A DNA stretch of 64,000 bases, from the NCBI GenBank assembly GCA_030264375.1, contig JASCQW010000032.1, forward strand, positions 45,643,723-45,707,722. Reading direction: 5' to 3'. The notes beneath the pieces are model-generated. The model did no database searches. It was given only the letters and a program-made list of their open reading frames with translations, and was not told where the DNA came from. How positions within the stretch are numbered: position 1 is the first letter of the stretch; each line of letters begins with the position of its first letter. This DNA comes from Carcharhinus longimanus. Taxonomy: Eukaryota. Shown here one piece after another: positions 1 through 12,804 of this stretch. The position numbers and the translations under genes were made by a program.

Positions 1-60
1 CTGTTTCCCGTGCTGGGTTGTTCTTTGTTCTTTGTTCTTTGTATCTCCTTGTTCAACAAT

Positions 61-496
61 GCCTACTGCGTTGAACAGACGATTGGCATCTTGAACATGT
101 GCTTACGTTGCCTCGCATCAATAAGTTGGTGCCTTCTAGTATGAGATGGAGAGAGTGCTTTGTATTGCAGTTGTTTTCTGTACAGTACACAACATGATTT
201 TACAAGGATACTTGAAGCTAGATGAAGAAGAAGAGCTAGAATGCTACTCTACCTCAGAGGAGGATGCTGAGGAGCAAGAAGAGGAAGAGGCGGATGAAGG
301 TAGCACTGCTGAGGAGCCTGGCGATCAGATATTGGAGGGAGACTATAGAGTCTGTCCCAGACTGCATGAAAAACAGCAAGATGGCATTGTTGCAAGGTCC
401 ACACTGATTCAAAATGCTTCATTTGAGCGGTTCTCAGCCCTCTGCCAGATGGCTTTGTATCACAACTTTGTATTCAATGAGCGTACACATGATTAA
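61..496 (+). mobile_element. PIF/Harbinger DDE transposase, decayed C-terminal part (element 1, cut by the window start)
   Basis: Translates across frameshifts to VEQTIGILNMCLRCL...GAF*YEMERVLCIAVVFCTVHN followed by an acidic tail. This matches the HARBI1-family motif IEQTIGxLKxRFRCL..GALQYxPExV..I..CC.LHN. Confidence 0.8.
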
Positions 497-1117
497 GCCC
501 ATCACCACACAAATAAAATGGAACTGATTTGCATTGTCAAAACTTGCTCTACATCACAGAACACGGAACCACACCTCCCCCCCCCACCACTACCACACTC
601 CTCCACCCCCTTAAACATCATCTCATTTTAGAGATTGAACATCAATTGCACAAAGTTCTAACTGATTTCAGAATCAAAAATTCTTATTATAGGAGAAATG
701 AAAGGCCAACAAAATATTGAAAACTTTATCTAAGTGACCCATTAAGTGTGACTGGTGGTGTAGCATATTATGTTCACACACAGTTCTATGCGATGCACCC
801 ACTGTGGCTGAGGAAGAGACAGCTAGCTCTGTTGAACGTGCATCCAGTTGAAATGCTTTCGGCTTCTGACCCTTTCCTGGAGGTGCCCCTAGAGGATCCT
901 CCACACGCTGCTGTTAATATGTCATTACAGGGGAAGGCTGTATAGCAGGTAGTGCTTGGATAGTTCCTAAGTTGCAGGTGCTAAGCTGTTCAACCTCAGC
1001 TCTTTCATGATGCCCTGCGTATTGGATAAGTCCTCTGTTGGGTTCACAGATGGCATCTCTTTGCCGTCAGTATTATAGGGAGTCTCACCCTTCAGTGCTT
1101 AGAAGCATGCTATTTCT

Positions 1118-2390
1118 TCATCCACACTGATTAGTGCTACATATAGCACTCCATAAGGTTGGCCACTTTTGCAATGGAGGAGCTGTTATGCTCAAATTCG
1201 TGAGACATAACCGTCTACATGCATTGCATGGACTCCTACATTGTCTGTCCCTGGCCCCGGAATGCCTGAGGGACTTTAGAAAACTCATCTTTCTCTGATG
1301 TTCCAGAAATACTCTACTTCTGTGTGATAACCAAGGCACAGCATCTTCATCCAGTGAATCATGGCTNNNNNNNNNNTACGTCTTCCAAGGGTGACTGCCC
1401 ACATTCGACTCTGCCTCGTTCTCCTCCTCTTGCCTAGTTGTGATGTGGTGCTCCTACAGTATTCCCCATTCTAAGCTAGATTTAAGCCCAACCAAGGTAA
1501 GCTTGCCTGGAGGTAAGAAGCGAAACTATAAGCTTTATAGATTCTCCCTACTTCAAGGAGGCCAGCAATGACAGTGTAGGGACACTCGTGTCCCCCCTCC
1601 ACTACAGACACTATTAAACACGAGAAGATGGAGATAAGAACTCAGGATACTCAGCAGGTACACCACGTGTGAAATGGATGACAGCAGTTGTATGGTCACA
1701 GTTACTTAGGCAGGAGTTTATGCCATGTCCCTTACCTAAAGATAATGATTGACCCTGTTTTGCGAGGTTTCCAGTCTCACCATCATCGATTGCAGCAGCC
1801 AATGTTCAACAACACCTCCTCCTCAGGTGTCAGATTAATCAGTTCCACCACTAGTACGAGACATTTTGTGCATGGTATGAGCCCTTGTTCTGCAGGATGA
1901 GAAGAGAATGATGTCAGAGTAACTTGGGCTCCCTCAACTATTCCAGCATGAGTTGTTGAGCTGCTTAATGATACCCTCTTCTCAGTTGGATGCCAAATGT
2001 GAGAATGACTAACTTTCCAGGCATTCAACAGACCACTTGCTCTAACAATGCTCAGGAGAACAATTGACATTCAGTTTGCTCAGCTCATGTGCATACTGCA
2101 TGTACAACTTACAGGCTTGTCACCTGGGTATCATCTTTCCACAGCATATCAGGTTATTGAATCTGTTATGACATTGGACCCATTTCATGATCAGTCCTCT
2201 ACTGATGACCTCTATGGGTCTCTGGGAGGATTTCTTCTGTCACACACCAGAAACAAACAATACCATTCATCTCAGACTTGCTGATGCCTCAAAGAGACAT
2301 CAAAGAGCTCTTAGGCCCTAGTGGAAGCCTTCTTGTGTTCCTGCTGCCCCTCCCCTGCAAATCTTCCTGCTCCATCTCCTCAACATTGTG
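1118..2390 (-). mobile_element. Myb/SANT-like partner gene of Harbinger element 1, decayed
   Basis: The minus strand at about 2130-2210 reads EVISRGLIMKWVQCHNRFNNLICCGK, matching the Myb/SANT motif EV......RTW.QC.KRFNDL. It is convergent with the transposase. Confidence 0.7.
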
Positions 2391-3551
2391 AATATCATCC
2401 TGGTACTGCCACACTTTCCATTTAAAGGCGGGCCTAATGATTCTATCTTTCATTACATCACAAATTTCTTAATTTCCACTCACAAGTATCTTGGCAGTGC
2501 AATTGTAAGTGCATTTAAAATCAACAATTAAAGGAAAAATAATGATTAATTATATAAATTCATGATTCTCATCCCATGAACAAATTAAAACAAAGAGAAA
2601 TCTACCACCTTCAGCATTTCCAGAACTGGATGCTCAATTGTAAAATCCATTTATATAATTTGGATACTTTGAATACAGACACAAATCATAGTTACAAATA
2701 TAACTGAAACTAGGACAATCATTTCTATCCAAAATCATCTGAACAGCATTAAAGCACATTCTGTGTTTACAATATCTGAGGCTGAAATTGAATTGCTGCA
2801 GTAGGATAAAATGAGCTGTGCTCAATTACCATGTTTTCCACTTCATTTGTTATATAAAAAGAATGCCCAATCCTTTGATTGCAGCAATCATCCCAACTCA
2901 TGGATTATTAACAGGAAGGGAGTTCATTTAAACAGCACTAATTTCTTCTCTCACATAAACAGAAAGGTATTTTTGATTTGTTTCTCCTTTATAAGTGATG
3001 GTATATTTCCCAAGCCTCAGTTTTGGTGTGATCTAATTTTGTATTCATAACTTCACAGCAAACTCGTGATTGACTTAAAGGGTTAGTTTATTTGCACGCA
3101 GTCAAATTGTGAGAGGATTACAAAGTTGCCTCTTTGCATTCATACCATAAAAAAGGGGTAGAGAAAAGAAAGATGTATGTTGCAGTGACCATAGAGAAAA
3201 GGAATATTGTTGCACACAAGTCCAGAATCAAAGTTCAATGAGGAATGCCTTCACAATGGTTGGCAGGCTGAAAACTGAATGCGCTATAATTCACTTTCCC
3301 GGTAGTGTTATCCCCACTACATGCAGACAAAAATCAGTCTTGTCGACAAGGTTACAAAAGTTCAGGCAAAACAGCATGGATGAGACCGGGTATTCAATCT
3401 GGGCACAGCTCCCTTTCTATGATGCTGCTAGTTAGAATGGCAGACTATGTTTATAGGATAGACAATATAACAGGTTCCACCAGCCAAAGGTTAATGTCAC
3501 ATGACTCCCACCACTGCACATTGACTTTGATAAGGGATGGTGAAATGTCTG

Positions 3552-3790
3552 GGACCATATGGTGGTACAGTGGTTGACACTGTTCTTCAGAGTGCCAGGA
3601 TCCAGGCTCAATTCCAGCCTTGGGTGGAGTTTGCATGTTCTCCCCATTTCTTCAGAGGTTTCCTTCAGGGTTCTCGGTTTCCTCCCACAGGCCAAAGATG
3701 CATAGGTTAGATAGATTAGCCATGTAAATGTGTGGGATTATGGGGATGGGTTGGGCAATATCCTCCTTCTCAGTTGGGATTCTACGGTTC
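3552..3790 (+). mobile_element. HE1-like V-SINE, degraded
   Basis: tRNA-like head (tggtggtacagtggtt...ggctcaattcc) followed by the V-domain gtggagtttgcatgttctcccc...ggtttcctcccacag. Confidence 0.8.
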
Positions 3791-4145
3791 CATGGACTCA
3801 ACCATTAGAACGAAAGGATGGTTNNNNNNNNNNNNNNNNNNNNNNNNNNNNNNNATTCTGGTTGGCCAACTTAGGCTGTAAAATGCAGACGGCCTTAGTT
3901 TATTTCCCTTTAGTGTCATTCATGTCTCTTCAGAAATAATGAGGTATGAAAATTCCTTGTTCTGTCAGGTATTCCTTTTTAATTATTATTATCTTAAAAG
4001 TTCTTTGTCCAGATTTTAAAATTTTAGAAAAAGCAGTAAGAATATCCATATAGTTTTATAGTCCCCTCACACCTGTGCCTTTGAGCAATTTATGAATCAT
4101 TCCTAACTGCTATATTCAACAGCTTCCGATCAAGTCACCTATGGA

Positions 4146-4314
4146 GGAGGTAATTTTAACTCATTCATGATGCAGGAAAACCACAGCATTGGGTGCAACG
4201 TTGTTTTTTCACCCTCGCCAATAACAATCTTCCATTGACTTCAATAGAGAACAAAACTGAGCGGGTGTGAAGCCATCAATTTCCCAATGAGTGCATTAAT
4301 TTAAAATTGCCTCC
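4146..4314. mobile_element. 169-bp palindromic MITE
   Basis: Terminal inverted repeats ggaggtaattttaa / ttaaaattgcctcc match at 13 of 14 positions. There is a central ttccattgacttcaatagagaa quasi-palindrome. Confidence 0.65.
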
Positions 4315-6569
4315 ATATGTAAGTAATATCCATAATTTTTGGTCAGTAATTTTACAACTCATTTCCTGAGTCACGTGAAGAAGACAAATTTAGAGAACTT
4401 CTTAACTAAAATGGAAATTCAAAGCCTGCTGAACTGAATTAAGTCTCTGTACACTGCACAAGGATAATTCATTCTGTTTAATATGTTTGATTTGATCTTA
4501 GGGTTTACTGAACACAGATATTGAAACAGCATTTCGTGAACATTTAAAACCCTAACTCAAATAGAATGATTAGTAATTGAAATCATATGAGAAGGGAAGG
4601 GGGTGTTTTCATTTGACTACAATACTCTAAAGTGAAGACATAAGAAATGAATCAGCAGCCTAAAACTGTGCTGCTTCCTTCAAGATTTTTTTCTCTGTCT
4701 GTGTGCTTTCAAATGGTTCTGTTTAGGGCAATAAACAAGAAGCAGCCCTTGAAGTACAAAAGCCTTTTGCAGGTTCTGTGTTGCACATGCCCACTAGAAC
4801 TTCAAAGAGGAATACTGATGAATTTTCCTTGTAATCCTGCCTTTTGGCCCAAAGGCCTACTCCATCTGAATAAACAAAACCCTAGTGGCCCGACTGTGGT
4901 CAGAAAGATCATGTGATGTAAAAAACCGTGATTTTTAAAAATCAATATTGCTTTTGCTTGCACTCTTAAGGTCTTTTTAGGCAGCTCTTTTATGAGTTTC
5001 AAAAGACAGTTTTGATTTCCAGGGGATTTGTTAAACCTGTTACATAAAGAAGGACTGTAAATCATTACTATCTTTTTCTTGCAGCAGGTTAATAATATCT
5101 TTAAATGCCAAACAGATTTTCATCAGGATTTTACACCCACAGTTGAGACAAATGACTTTCTGTTGGCATTTATAATTAAGTAGTGATCAAATTTAAGTAA
5201 GGATGTGCTTTAGCAAATTCATTTTATTTAAAACAAATTGAACTAAAACTGATTACTGAAGATGCATATTGCTGTCAGCCTTGTTTACAACGTCTTGTTC
5301 TCCATTGCAATTCTCTCTTTGCCTTATTTCTCTGTCTCTTTCTAATGATGCATGCTTTCTTGTATTTTTTGTAAACAGTATTTCTGTTATGATCCTCTTG
5401 TCTGTCTCTTTCCATTGCCCTGCTGAGGAACATCCCAATCTCACTTCTTTTCTGTGTTCTGATGTTCTTTGTTTCCTTTACTGGCCCGGCTGTTTCCCAT
5501 TTCTTAATGGGTTTCCCATCTCTCATTCCAGTCACAGCACTCTTGCAACCAAAGGCCTGTTTTTTTTTCCCACACTTGGACTAGTTTTCCCTCCTGTCTG
5601 TCTGTGCTATCAGCTGATTAACATTAAATTATATATTTAGTTTTAACTAATTTAGAACTGAATGAAAAAATCCTATTTTAATGTTTTAAACTTAATTATG
5701 TAGCTAAAAACTATTCAAAACTTTCATAAGTAGTGATGTACAAATATAACATCTCAGTGCCTCTCGAAACAGCAAACATTCCACTGAATTAATCTGCATG
5801 ATGGCAAACTGACACACTGAAACGTGCATATTTTTAATACAACACAATACAAAAGCAAATTTTAAATGAAATTTTACTCACATTTTTGGAAGGGAATCTT
5901 TACCATGGAAAATATAAAAAATGGCGACCTGAAATCCACCACACATGAACTTGGTAGTTACTGTAGTACCCTCCCTATTGATGCCATGCATTCTGATCAT
6001 TGGGGAGGCAAATAACTTTATCCTACGTGAAGCTAACAAACATCCTTTCAACTTCTGCTATATTTCAGTCAGCTGCTAGTCCCATTTTTTGCCTAAAGCT
6101 CTGACATGCACATGTCCCTTCATTGTCTTAATCGTCTTTTCCAACAGAAAACTATGTTAGCTGCCCCTTTGACCCCTTTATTAAGGGAGTCGTGACCTTA
6201 ATTTTATCCTTGGTCTTCGCTCTTACAAGGTTGATTGGAAAATTACAATTTAGATGAAAACCCAATGTAGGAAGTTTATCACCTTTTCCTGAGTTGATTT
6301 ACCAGACTTCTGCCAAAAAGTGGTAGGAATTTGCCAGAATACCTAAAGAAATTCAGCCCCACTGCTTTCATTTTCTACAGCTTCAAATGTACTAAAACAT
6401 CATCAATCTGAGAAATATATACTGTGCTGTAAAGTTAATTACATATTCTTATTGAACACACTGAAGTTGGAAAATTGGGTATTTAGGACCATATCTTATC
6501 TCAGATCCAGTGGCTACCACTCTCATTTCAAACCCCCATTAAAAAAGCCAAAGCACCAACAGAAGCAGG

Positions 6570-7560
6570 GTAGTAATTGCTACACTGTAACTAGTAGAGT
6601 GCTACAAAGAACAATTCTGGACCCTGAGCTATTTAAAATCTATACTAATGACTTAGATGAAGTGACTGGGAGTAATATACCTCGGTTTGCTGATGCTACA
6701 AAACTATGGGAAACATAAGGTGTATGAGAAGCTACAGAGATATAAGCAGGTAAACAAATGGGTAACAGAATGACACATGGAGTGTAATGTAGGTAATTGT
6801 GAGGTTATTCACTTTCAGAAAGCAGAATATTTTGGAAAACTGTGAAACTGGATGTTGATGTTCAGAAAGACATGAATGTACTTGTACTGGGAATGCAGAA
6901 AATTAGCATGCAGCTACAGCAAGAAATTAGAAAAGCAAACAGCATATTTGCCTTTATTGCATAAGGATTGGAGTACAAGAATAAATAAGTCAAGCCAAAG
7001 TATGCAGGGCTTTGATGAGACAATATCTGGAATACTATGTGCAGTTTTGACCTCCGTATTTAATGAAGGATAGATTTTTGTTGGGGGGGGAGGCATATCA
7101 TCTAGCAAAGATTCACTAGATTGGTTCTTGGGATGAAAGGTTTACCTTAAGATGAGAGGTTAAGTAAATTGAGTCTACATTTTCTGGAATGTTGAAGAAT
7201 GAGAGGTGATCTCATTGAAACACAGGATTCTGAAGGGGCCTGATAAGATAGACACTGAAAGGTTGTTGCTGCTAGTTGAAGAATCAAGGCATAGGGGTGC
7301 GGTGTCAGGATAAAGGACCAGTCATTTAGGATAGCAATAAGGATAAACTACTTCGCATAAAGGGTTGTGAATTTGTTTTAATTCTCTATCCCAGAAGGTT
7401 GTGGATGCTCTGTGGTTTAATAATTTAAGGCTGGAATAGACAGATTTTTTTGCCCCTCACAGAATCAAGGGATATGAGGAAAACGAGGATCATTTTGTAT
7501 GGTGGAGGAGGCACGATAGGCCACGTACACCATTTGTGATCTTATTTCATATGTATTATG
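6570..7560 (+). mobile_element. CR1 LINE, 5'-truncated and decayed
   Basis: RT motifs VLQRTILDPELFKIYTNDLDE...PRFADATKL, then the typical CR1 C-terminus (gaagaatgagaggtgatctcattgaaaca) and 3' tail. Confidence 0.85.
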
Positions 7561-7639
7561 ATTGGTAACACACTACTACCCTGTACCCACTTGGCAGTGA
7601 AGACAAAACCAGACATCTTGATTTATGAAAATGCAAAGA

Positions 7640-8265
7640 ATAGAATAACTTGCATGTAAATGCCAACGCTCATGTCCTCAGAAAATCCTTAAGTGGTTTG
7701 CAACAATTAATTACTTTTGAAATGTGGTTGCTCATTAAATGCGAAGATAGTAGTTAACTCTTGTATGACCACATTCCACGAAAAGCAAATGAGAGAAGTT
7801 AATTAATCTATTTTAGTTGAGAAATGTACCTTGGCCAGGATACCAGGCGAACTCTCTGCTTTTCTTGAAATAGTGTTCTCCTGAACATGCACGCAGGGCA
7901 CTGGTAATATCTCATCTCAAAGACAATGAATGGGGTAGAAAAGCCACTTGGGAGATAGCGCAAACTGGACTGTATTGGATCAGTTGCCTGTCATACTTCC
8001 TGACTGATATTCAATTCCATTCATTGCACTGGAACAGAAAATTCAGCGAAGAATGAAACAGACGGCCACTGCAAAGATGCACTACTGCACAAGATGAATT
8101 TCTATCATAACAAATAAGAAATAGTAGTAGGATTAGGCCATTCGACCTCTCAAATCTACTCCAATTTCAGCAATATTAAATTTAATCAGTGTTACATTGA
8201 AATGTTAACATAAATTATGCTCAATTCCTGGAGTTGGACAGAAACCCACAACCTTCTGACAAAAA
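7640..8265 (-). mobile_element. Deu-domain SINE (SacSINE1-like), old and interrupted by a MITE
   Basis: Contains ttggccaggataccaggcgaactctctgcttttcttgaaatagtg, the reverse complement of the Deu core. An L2-like tail lies at about 7640-7730 and a head remnant aacccacaaccttctgac at about 8243. Confidence 0.6.
7933..8106. mobile_element. Old MITE-like insertion inside the Deu-SINE
   Basis: Imperfect inverted ends ggtagaaa / tttctatc and a central ttcca...tggaa palindrome. It separates two collinear parts of the SINE. Confidence 0.45.
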
Positions 8266-9120
8266 GGGAAGCTTCCTCTCACAAAATTGCGAGCTTGGAC
8301 CCACATGTTCATAGCAATTATACAAATAACAGCTTTAATATACTATAAGCAACCACAAGAAGTTTACTTCTGCATTAAAATCATTAAACACATTGATAAA
8401 ATTATCCATTCAATGTTTAATTAATAAAAGAAACCTTAGTTTTAGCCCTTGTTTCTTAGTTGTTCATGGGTGCACTGGCTTGTGCTGATAATTATTTTAT
8501 AAAATATTAGGTGCGTGTGATTAAATGCAAGTCTACTGTGGATTTTTAAGAAGTTGACAAACTTCACTCACCCTATGCCAATTTTAACAGCTAGGACTTA
8601 TTATCATCCTGCTAGCCAGCTGCCCACTCGAAATAGACATGAAAGGGCAGGTGACTGTCAATAGGTAAGTCATGGAGGAGGGTTCACCAGATGTGTGATA
8701 AGAGGGGTAAAGTTGAGTGGAGACCCTGGCACAGCAGAGGCCCAGACTTTCTCTGAGTTGTCTAGAGGAGCAGATCTTCTCCTGTCCCAAAAGGGAATGT
8801 CTTTCACTTTTGGGATATAACTGGTTACCCAGCAGGCTTCAGGGCAGAGAGTGACCATGGTGATCGTTCTGGTCAGCACACCATTAAAATTGCCTCAGGG
8901 GTCTGAACATTAGGATCCCAGTCAACGTAAGCAAGGCTTCTACTGTACAACATTTTCCTTGTAATTATATTTCCACAATTTCAACCCTTTCATAGTATGC
9001 AAATACAAAAACACAAATTAAGCTTAAATTTAAAACTATAACTTAATTCTAACATCCACAAATACAAATATAAAGTACTTAAATTATCTTCCTAATGGTG
9101 TCCAAAGGTACAATGGACAC

Positions 9121-9441
9121 TCATAGAATCACTACAGTGCAGAAGGAAGCCATTCGACCCACTAAATCTACACCAACAACAATCTCATCCAGGCCCTATC
9201 TCCTTAACCCCACACATTTATCCTGCCAATCCACCTGACACCCAAGGGATAATTTAGCATGGCCAATCAAACTAACCTGCACATCTTTGGAGTCTGGCAG
9301 GAAACCGGAGCACCCAGAGGAAACCCACATAGACATGGGGAACACACAAACTCCACACAGACAGTCATCCAAGGTCAGAACTGAACCGGAATCTCTGGTT
9401 CTGTGAGGCAGCAATTGTAACCACCATGCCACTCTGCTACC
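9121..9441 (-). mobile_element. HE1-like V-SINE, full length
   Basis: The reverse complement has a tRNA head, the V-domain (ggaaaccggagcacccagaggaaacccaca on +) and a CR1-like tail (tcatagaatcactacagtgcagaagg on +). Confidence 0.9.
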
Positions 9442-9519
9442 CTTATGTGGCACTCGTAACAATTGGTTTCATTTAAGAGCAACACATGACCTTTTATGTA
9501 AAAAGAGGACAAAGTCTGT

Positions 9520-9602
9520 CAACAGTTGCATGAGTCGCAAAAACCCAGCTTGCAGGTGCAGCAGGTGATCAGGAAGGCGAATGGGATGCTGGCCTTCATA
9601 GC
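9520..9602 (+). mobile_element. CR1 LINE fragment running into an assembly gap
   Basis: HESQKPSLQVQQVIRKANGMLAFI is a CR1 ORF2 motif. Confidence 0.8.
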
Positions 9603-10295
9603 NNNNNNNNNNNNNNNNNNNNNNNNNNNNNNNNNNNNNNNNNNNNNNNNNNNNNNNNNNNNNNNNNNNNNNNNNNNNNNNNNNNNNNNNNNNNNNNNNN
9701 NNNNNNNNNNNNNNNNNNNNNNNNNNNNNNNNNNNNNNNNNNNNNNNNNNNNNNNNNNNNNNNNNNNNNNNNNNNNNNNNNNNNNNNNNNNNNNNNNNNN
9801 NNNNNNNNNNNNNNNNNNNNNNNNNNNNNNNNNNNNNNNNNNNNNNNNNNNNNNNNNNNNNNNNNNNNNNNNNNNNNNNNNNNNNNNNNNNNNNNNNNNN
9901 NNNNNNNNNNNNNNNNNNNNNNNNNNNNNNNNNNNNNNNNNNNNNNNNNNNNNNNNNNNNNNNNNNNNNNNNNNNNNNNNNNNNNNNNNNNNNNNNNNNN
10001 NNNNNNNNNNNNNNNNNNNNNNNNNNNNNNNNNNNNNNNNNNNNNNNNNNNNNNNNNNNNNNNNNNNNNNNNNNNNNNNNNNNNNNNNNNNNNNNNNNNN
10101 NNNNNNNNNNNNNNNNNNNNNNNNNNNNNNNNNNNNNNNNNNNNNNNNNNNNNNNNNNNNNNNNNNNNNNNNNNNNNNNNNNNNNNNNNNNNNNNNNNNN
10201 NNNNNNNNNNNNNNNNNNNNNNNNNNNNNNNNNNNNNNNNNNNNNNNNNNNNNNNNNNNNNNNNNNNNNNNNNNNNNNNNNNNNNNNNNNNNNNN
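9603..10295. other. Assembly gap (N-run)
   Basis: Ns seen directly. The other gaps are 1367-1376, 3824-3854, 11864-12804, 24293-24345, 28939-29038, 35871-36098, 41115-41214 and 60708-60988. Confidence 1.
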
Positions 10296-10811
10296 ATGGA
10301 TACCCCCCAACCCCAACTGCCTCTCATTCCCCAACTACCCCCAGCCCCCATGGGACTTCTCCACAACCCAGAGGTCTTCCCTCGTTATTAGATCACCCCC
10401 CCTTTGGAATTTCCCCACTCACAGAGGACTTCCCCAGTGGGCCCGCCCAACTCTCACCCATACCTGACCACCCAGGCCTGACTGTACCCGATCCAAGACC
10501 CACCCGAAATCTCTGACCCTTCAACCTCCAATTTCACTGCCACCCCACTCCCACCCCCACCCCCAACCCCCTGTGCCATAAAAAAGTGGCGTGGCCTGCC
10601 TCACTTTGATTCTTCTGCATTTTGACGATGGACCATAGCGATGTGCTGTGCAGTGTGGTCTCGCCCAGCCTAAGAAGGTTGGGCAAGTTAGGATCAAAGA
10701 AAAATTGACCAAAGTAATTGAGCAGGAGAGGCAATCTGATGCTAATTGCTACTCTGAAGAAGTTCAGGCCCATACTCAATATGTCCCAACTGTGCTGTTT
10801 CCTTGTGCAAA

Positions 10812-11015
10812 GTGTCAGCCAAAGTTTAGTCGGTGGTGCTCTTGCCTCCAAGTCAGGACATTATGGGTTCAAGTCCCATTGTAGAGACTTGAGTCCAGGC
10901 TGACAGTCCAGTGCAATACTAAGGGAGTGCTGCACCATTGGAAGTTTTTCAGATTAGATGTTTTAGCATGTGTACCATGCTAAAAAAAAATTCCATGTGA
11001 TTCTTTTAAGAAAGA
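10812..11015 (+). mobile_element. Deu-domain SINE (SacSINE1-like), 5' part
   Basis: tRNA head with B-box tgggttcaagtccc, followed by gctgacagtccagtgcaatactaagggagtgctgcac. Confidence 0.7.
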
Positions 11016-11029
11016 AGTATGTTGCCATT

Positions 11030-11863
11030 CAGTAAGACCATGGCTGATCTTTTCGTGGACTCAGCTCCACTTACCCGCCCACTCACCATAACCCTTAATT
11101 CTTTTACTGTTCAAAAATCTATCTTTGCCTTAAAAGAGGTAGCCTCAGTTAGAATGTAACCAATGATAATATTGGATCTGTTGTAGTGACCAATGGTAAC
11201 ATGCTGTAAGGGTCAGTTGATCAGTAAACCATGTAACCAGTAACAAAATGATGTGGTGACCAGCTGACTCAGTATAATTAAGAAGCTGCTGGGTTTGGGG
11301 GAGCTTGGAATGGCCCAGGGTAAGGCCTTATGTCTTGGAGTAATATGTTTCTTTATTAAATTTTTTTTTTGATTTATAAGTTGGAGTGAGTTTTGTTTCA
11401 CTTTATTGCCTATAACTGAAGAGCTTCTTCAGTTGGATCAACTACTTCACTGGGCAGGGAATTCCACAAATTCACAATCCTTTGGGTGAAGAAGTTCCTC
11501 CACAACACAGTCCTTAATCAGCTCTCCTTTATTTTGAGGCCAGGCCCCTTAGTTTTAGTTTCAACCACCAGTGGAAATAGTCTCTCTGCTTTTATCTTAT
11601 CTATTCCCTTCATAATTTTATACGTGTCTATAAGATCTCCCCTCATTCTTCTGAATTGCCATGAGTGTAATCCCATACTGCTCAGTCTCTCTTCATAAGC
11701 CAACCCTCTCAACTCCAGAATCAACCGAATGAATCTCCTCTGCATCCCCTCCAGTGCTCGTACATCCTTTCTCAGGTAAGGAGACCAAAACTGTACACGT
11801 TACTCCAGGTGGGGCCTCATAAGCACCTTATACAGTTGCAACATAACAGCCCTGTTTTTAAAC
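11030..11863 (-). mobile_element. CR1 LINE 3' part, split by an insertion at 11148-11437
   Basis: Minus-strand ORF MQRRFIRLILELRGLAYEERLSSMGLHSWQFRRMRGDLIDTYKI and the motif LQLYKVLMRPHLE. Confidence 0.9.
11148..11437. mobile_element. Unclassified 290-bp LTR-like insertion
   Basis: It interrupts the CR1 phrase gaggtagcctca|actacttcactgggc with tca on both sides. It contains CCAAT motifs, a TATA-like tataattaa, attaaa and a terminal hairpin. Confidence 0.55.
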
Positions 11864-12804
11864 NNNNNNNNNNNNNNNNNNNNNNNNNNNNNNNNNNNNN
11901 NNNNNNNNNNNNNNNNNNNNNNNNNNNNNNNNNNNNNNNNNNNNNNNNNNNNNNNNNNNNNNNNNNNNNNNNNNNNNNNNNNNNNNNNNNNNNNNNNNNN
12001 NNNNNNNNNNNNNNNNNNNNNNNNNNNNNNNNNNNNNNNNNNNNNNNNNNNNNNNNNNNNNNNNNNNNNNNNNNNNNNNNNNNNNNNNNNNNNNNNNNNN
12101 NNNNNNNNNNNNNNNNNNNNNNNNNNNNNNNNNNNNNNNNNNNNNNNNNNNNNNNNNNNNNNNNNNNNNNNNNNNNNNNNNNNNNNNNNNNNNNNNNNNN
12201 NNNNNNNNNNNNNNNNNNNNNNNNNNNNNNNNNNNNNNNNNNNNNNNNNNNNNNNNNNNNNNNNNNNNNNNNNNNNNNNNNNNNNNNNNNNNNNNNNNNN
12301 NNNNNNNNNNNNNNNNNNNNNNNNNNNNNNNNNNNNNNNNNNNNNNNNNNNNNNNNNNNNNNNNNNNNNNNNNNNNNNNNNNNNNNNNNNNNNNNNNNNN
12401 NNNNNNNNNNNNNNNNNNNNNNNNNNNNNNNNNNNNNNNNNNNNNNNNNNNNNNNNNNNNNNNNNNNNNNNNNNNNNNNNNNNNNNNNNNNNNNNNNNNN
12501 NNNNNNNNNNNNNNNNNNNNNNNNNNNNNNNNNNNNNNNNNNNNNNNNNNNNNNNNNNNNNNNNNNNNNNNNNNNNNNNNNNNNNNNNNNNNNNNNNNNN
12601 NNNNNNNNNNNNNNNNNNNNNNNNNNNNNNNNNNNNNNNNNNNNNNNNNNNNNNNNNNNNNNNNNNNNNNNNNNNNNNNNNNNNNNNNNNNNNNNNNNNN
12701 NNNNNNNNNNNNNNNNNNNNNNNNNNNNNNNNNNNNNNNNNNNNNNNNNNNNNNNNNNNNNNNNNNNNNNNNNNNNNNNNNNNNNNNNNNNNNNNNNNNN
12801 NNNN

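Noticed and set aside
146-496. Acidic 116-aa ORF as a host gene
   Set aside because: It is the frameshifted C-terminus of a Harbinger transposase.
5253-5640. Hydrophobic 123-aa ORF and overlapping charged antisense ORFs
   Set aside because: A by-product of a CT-rich low-complexity tract.
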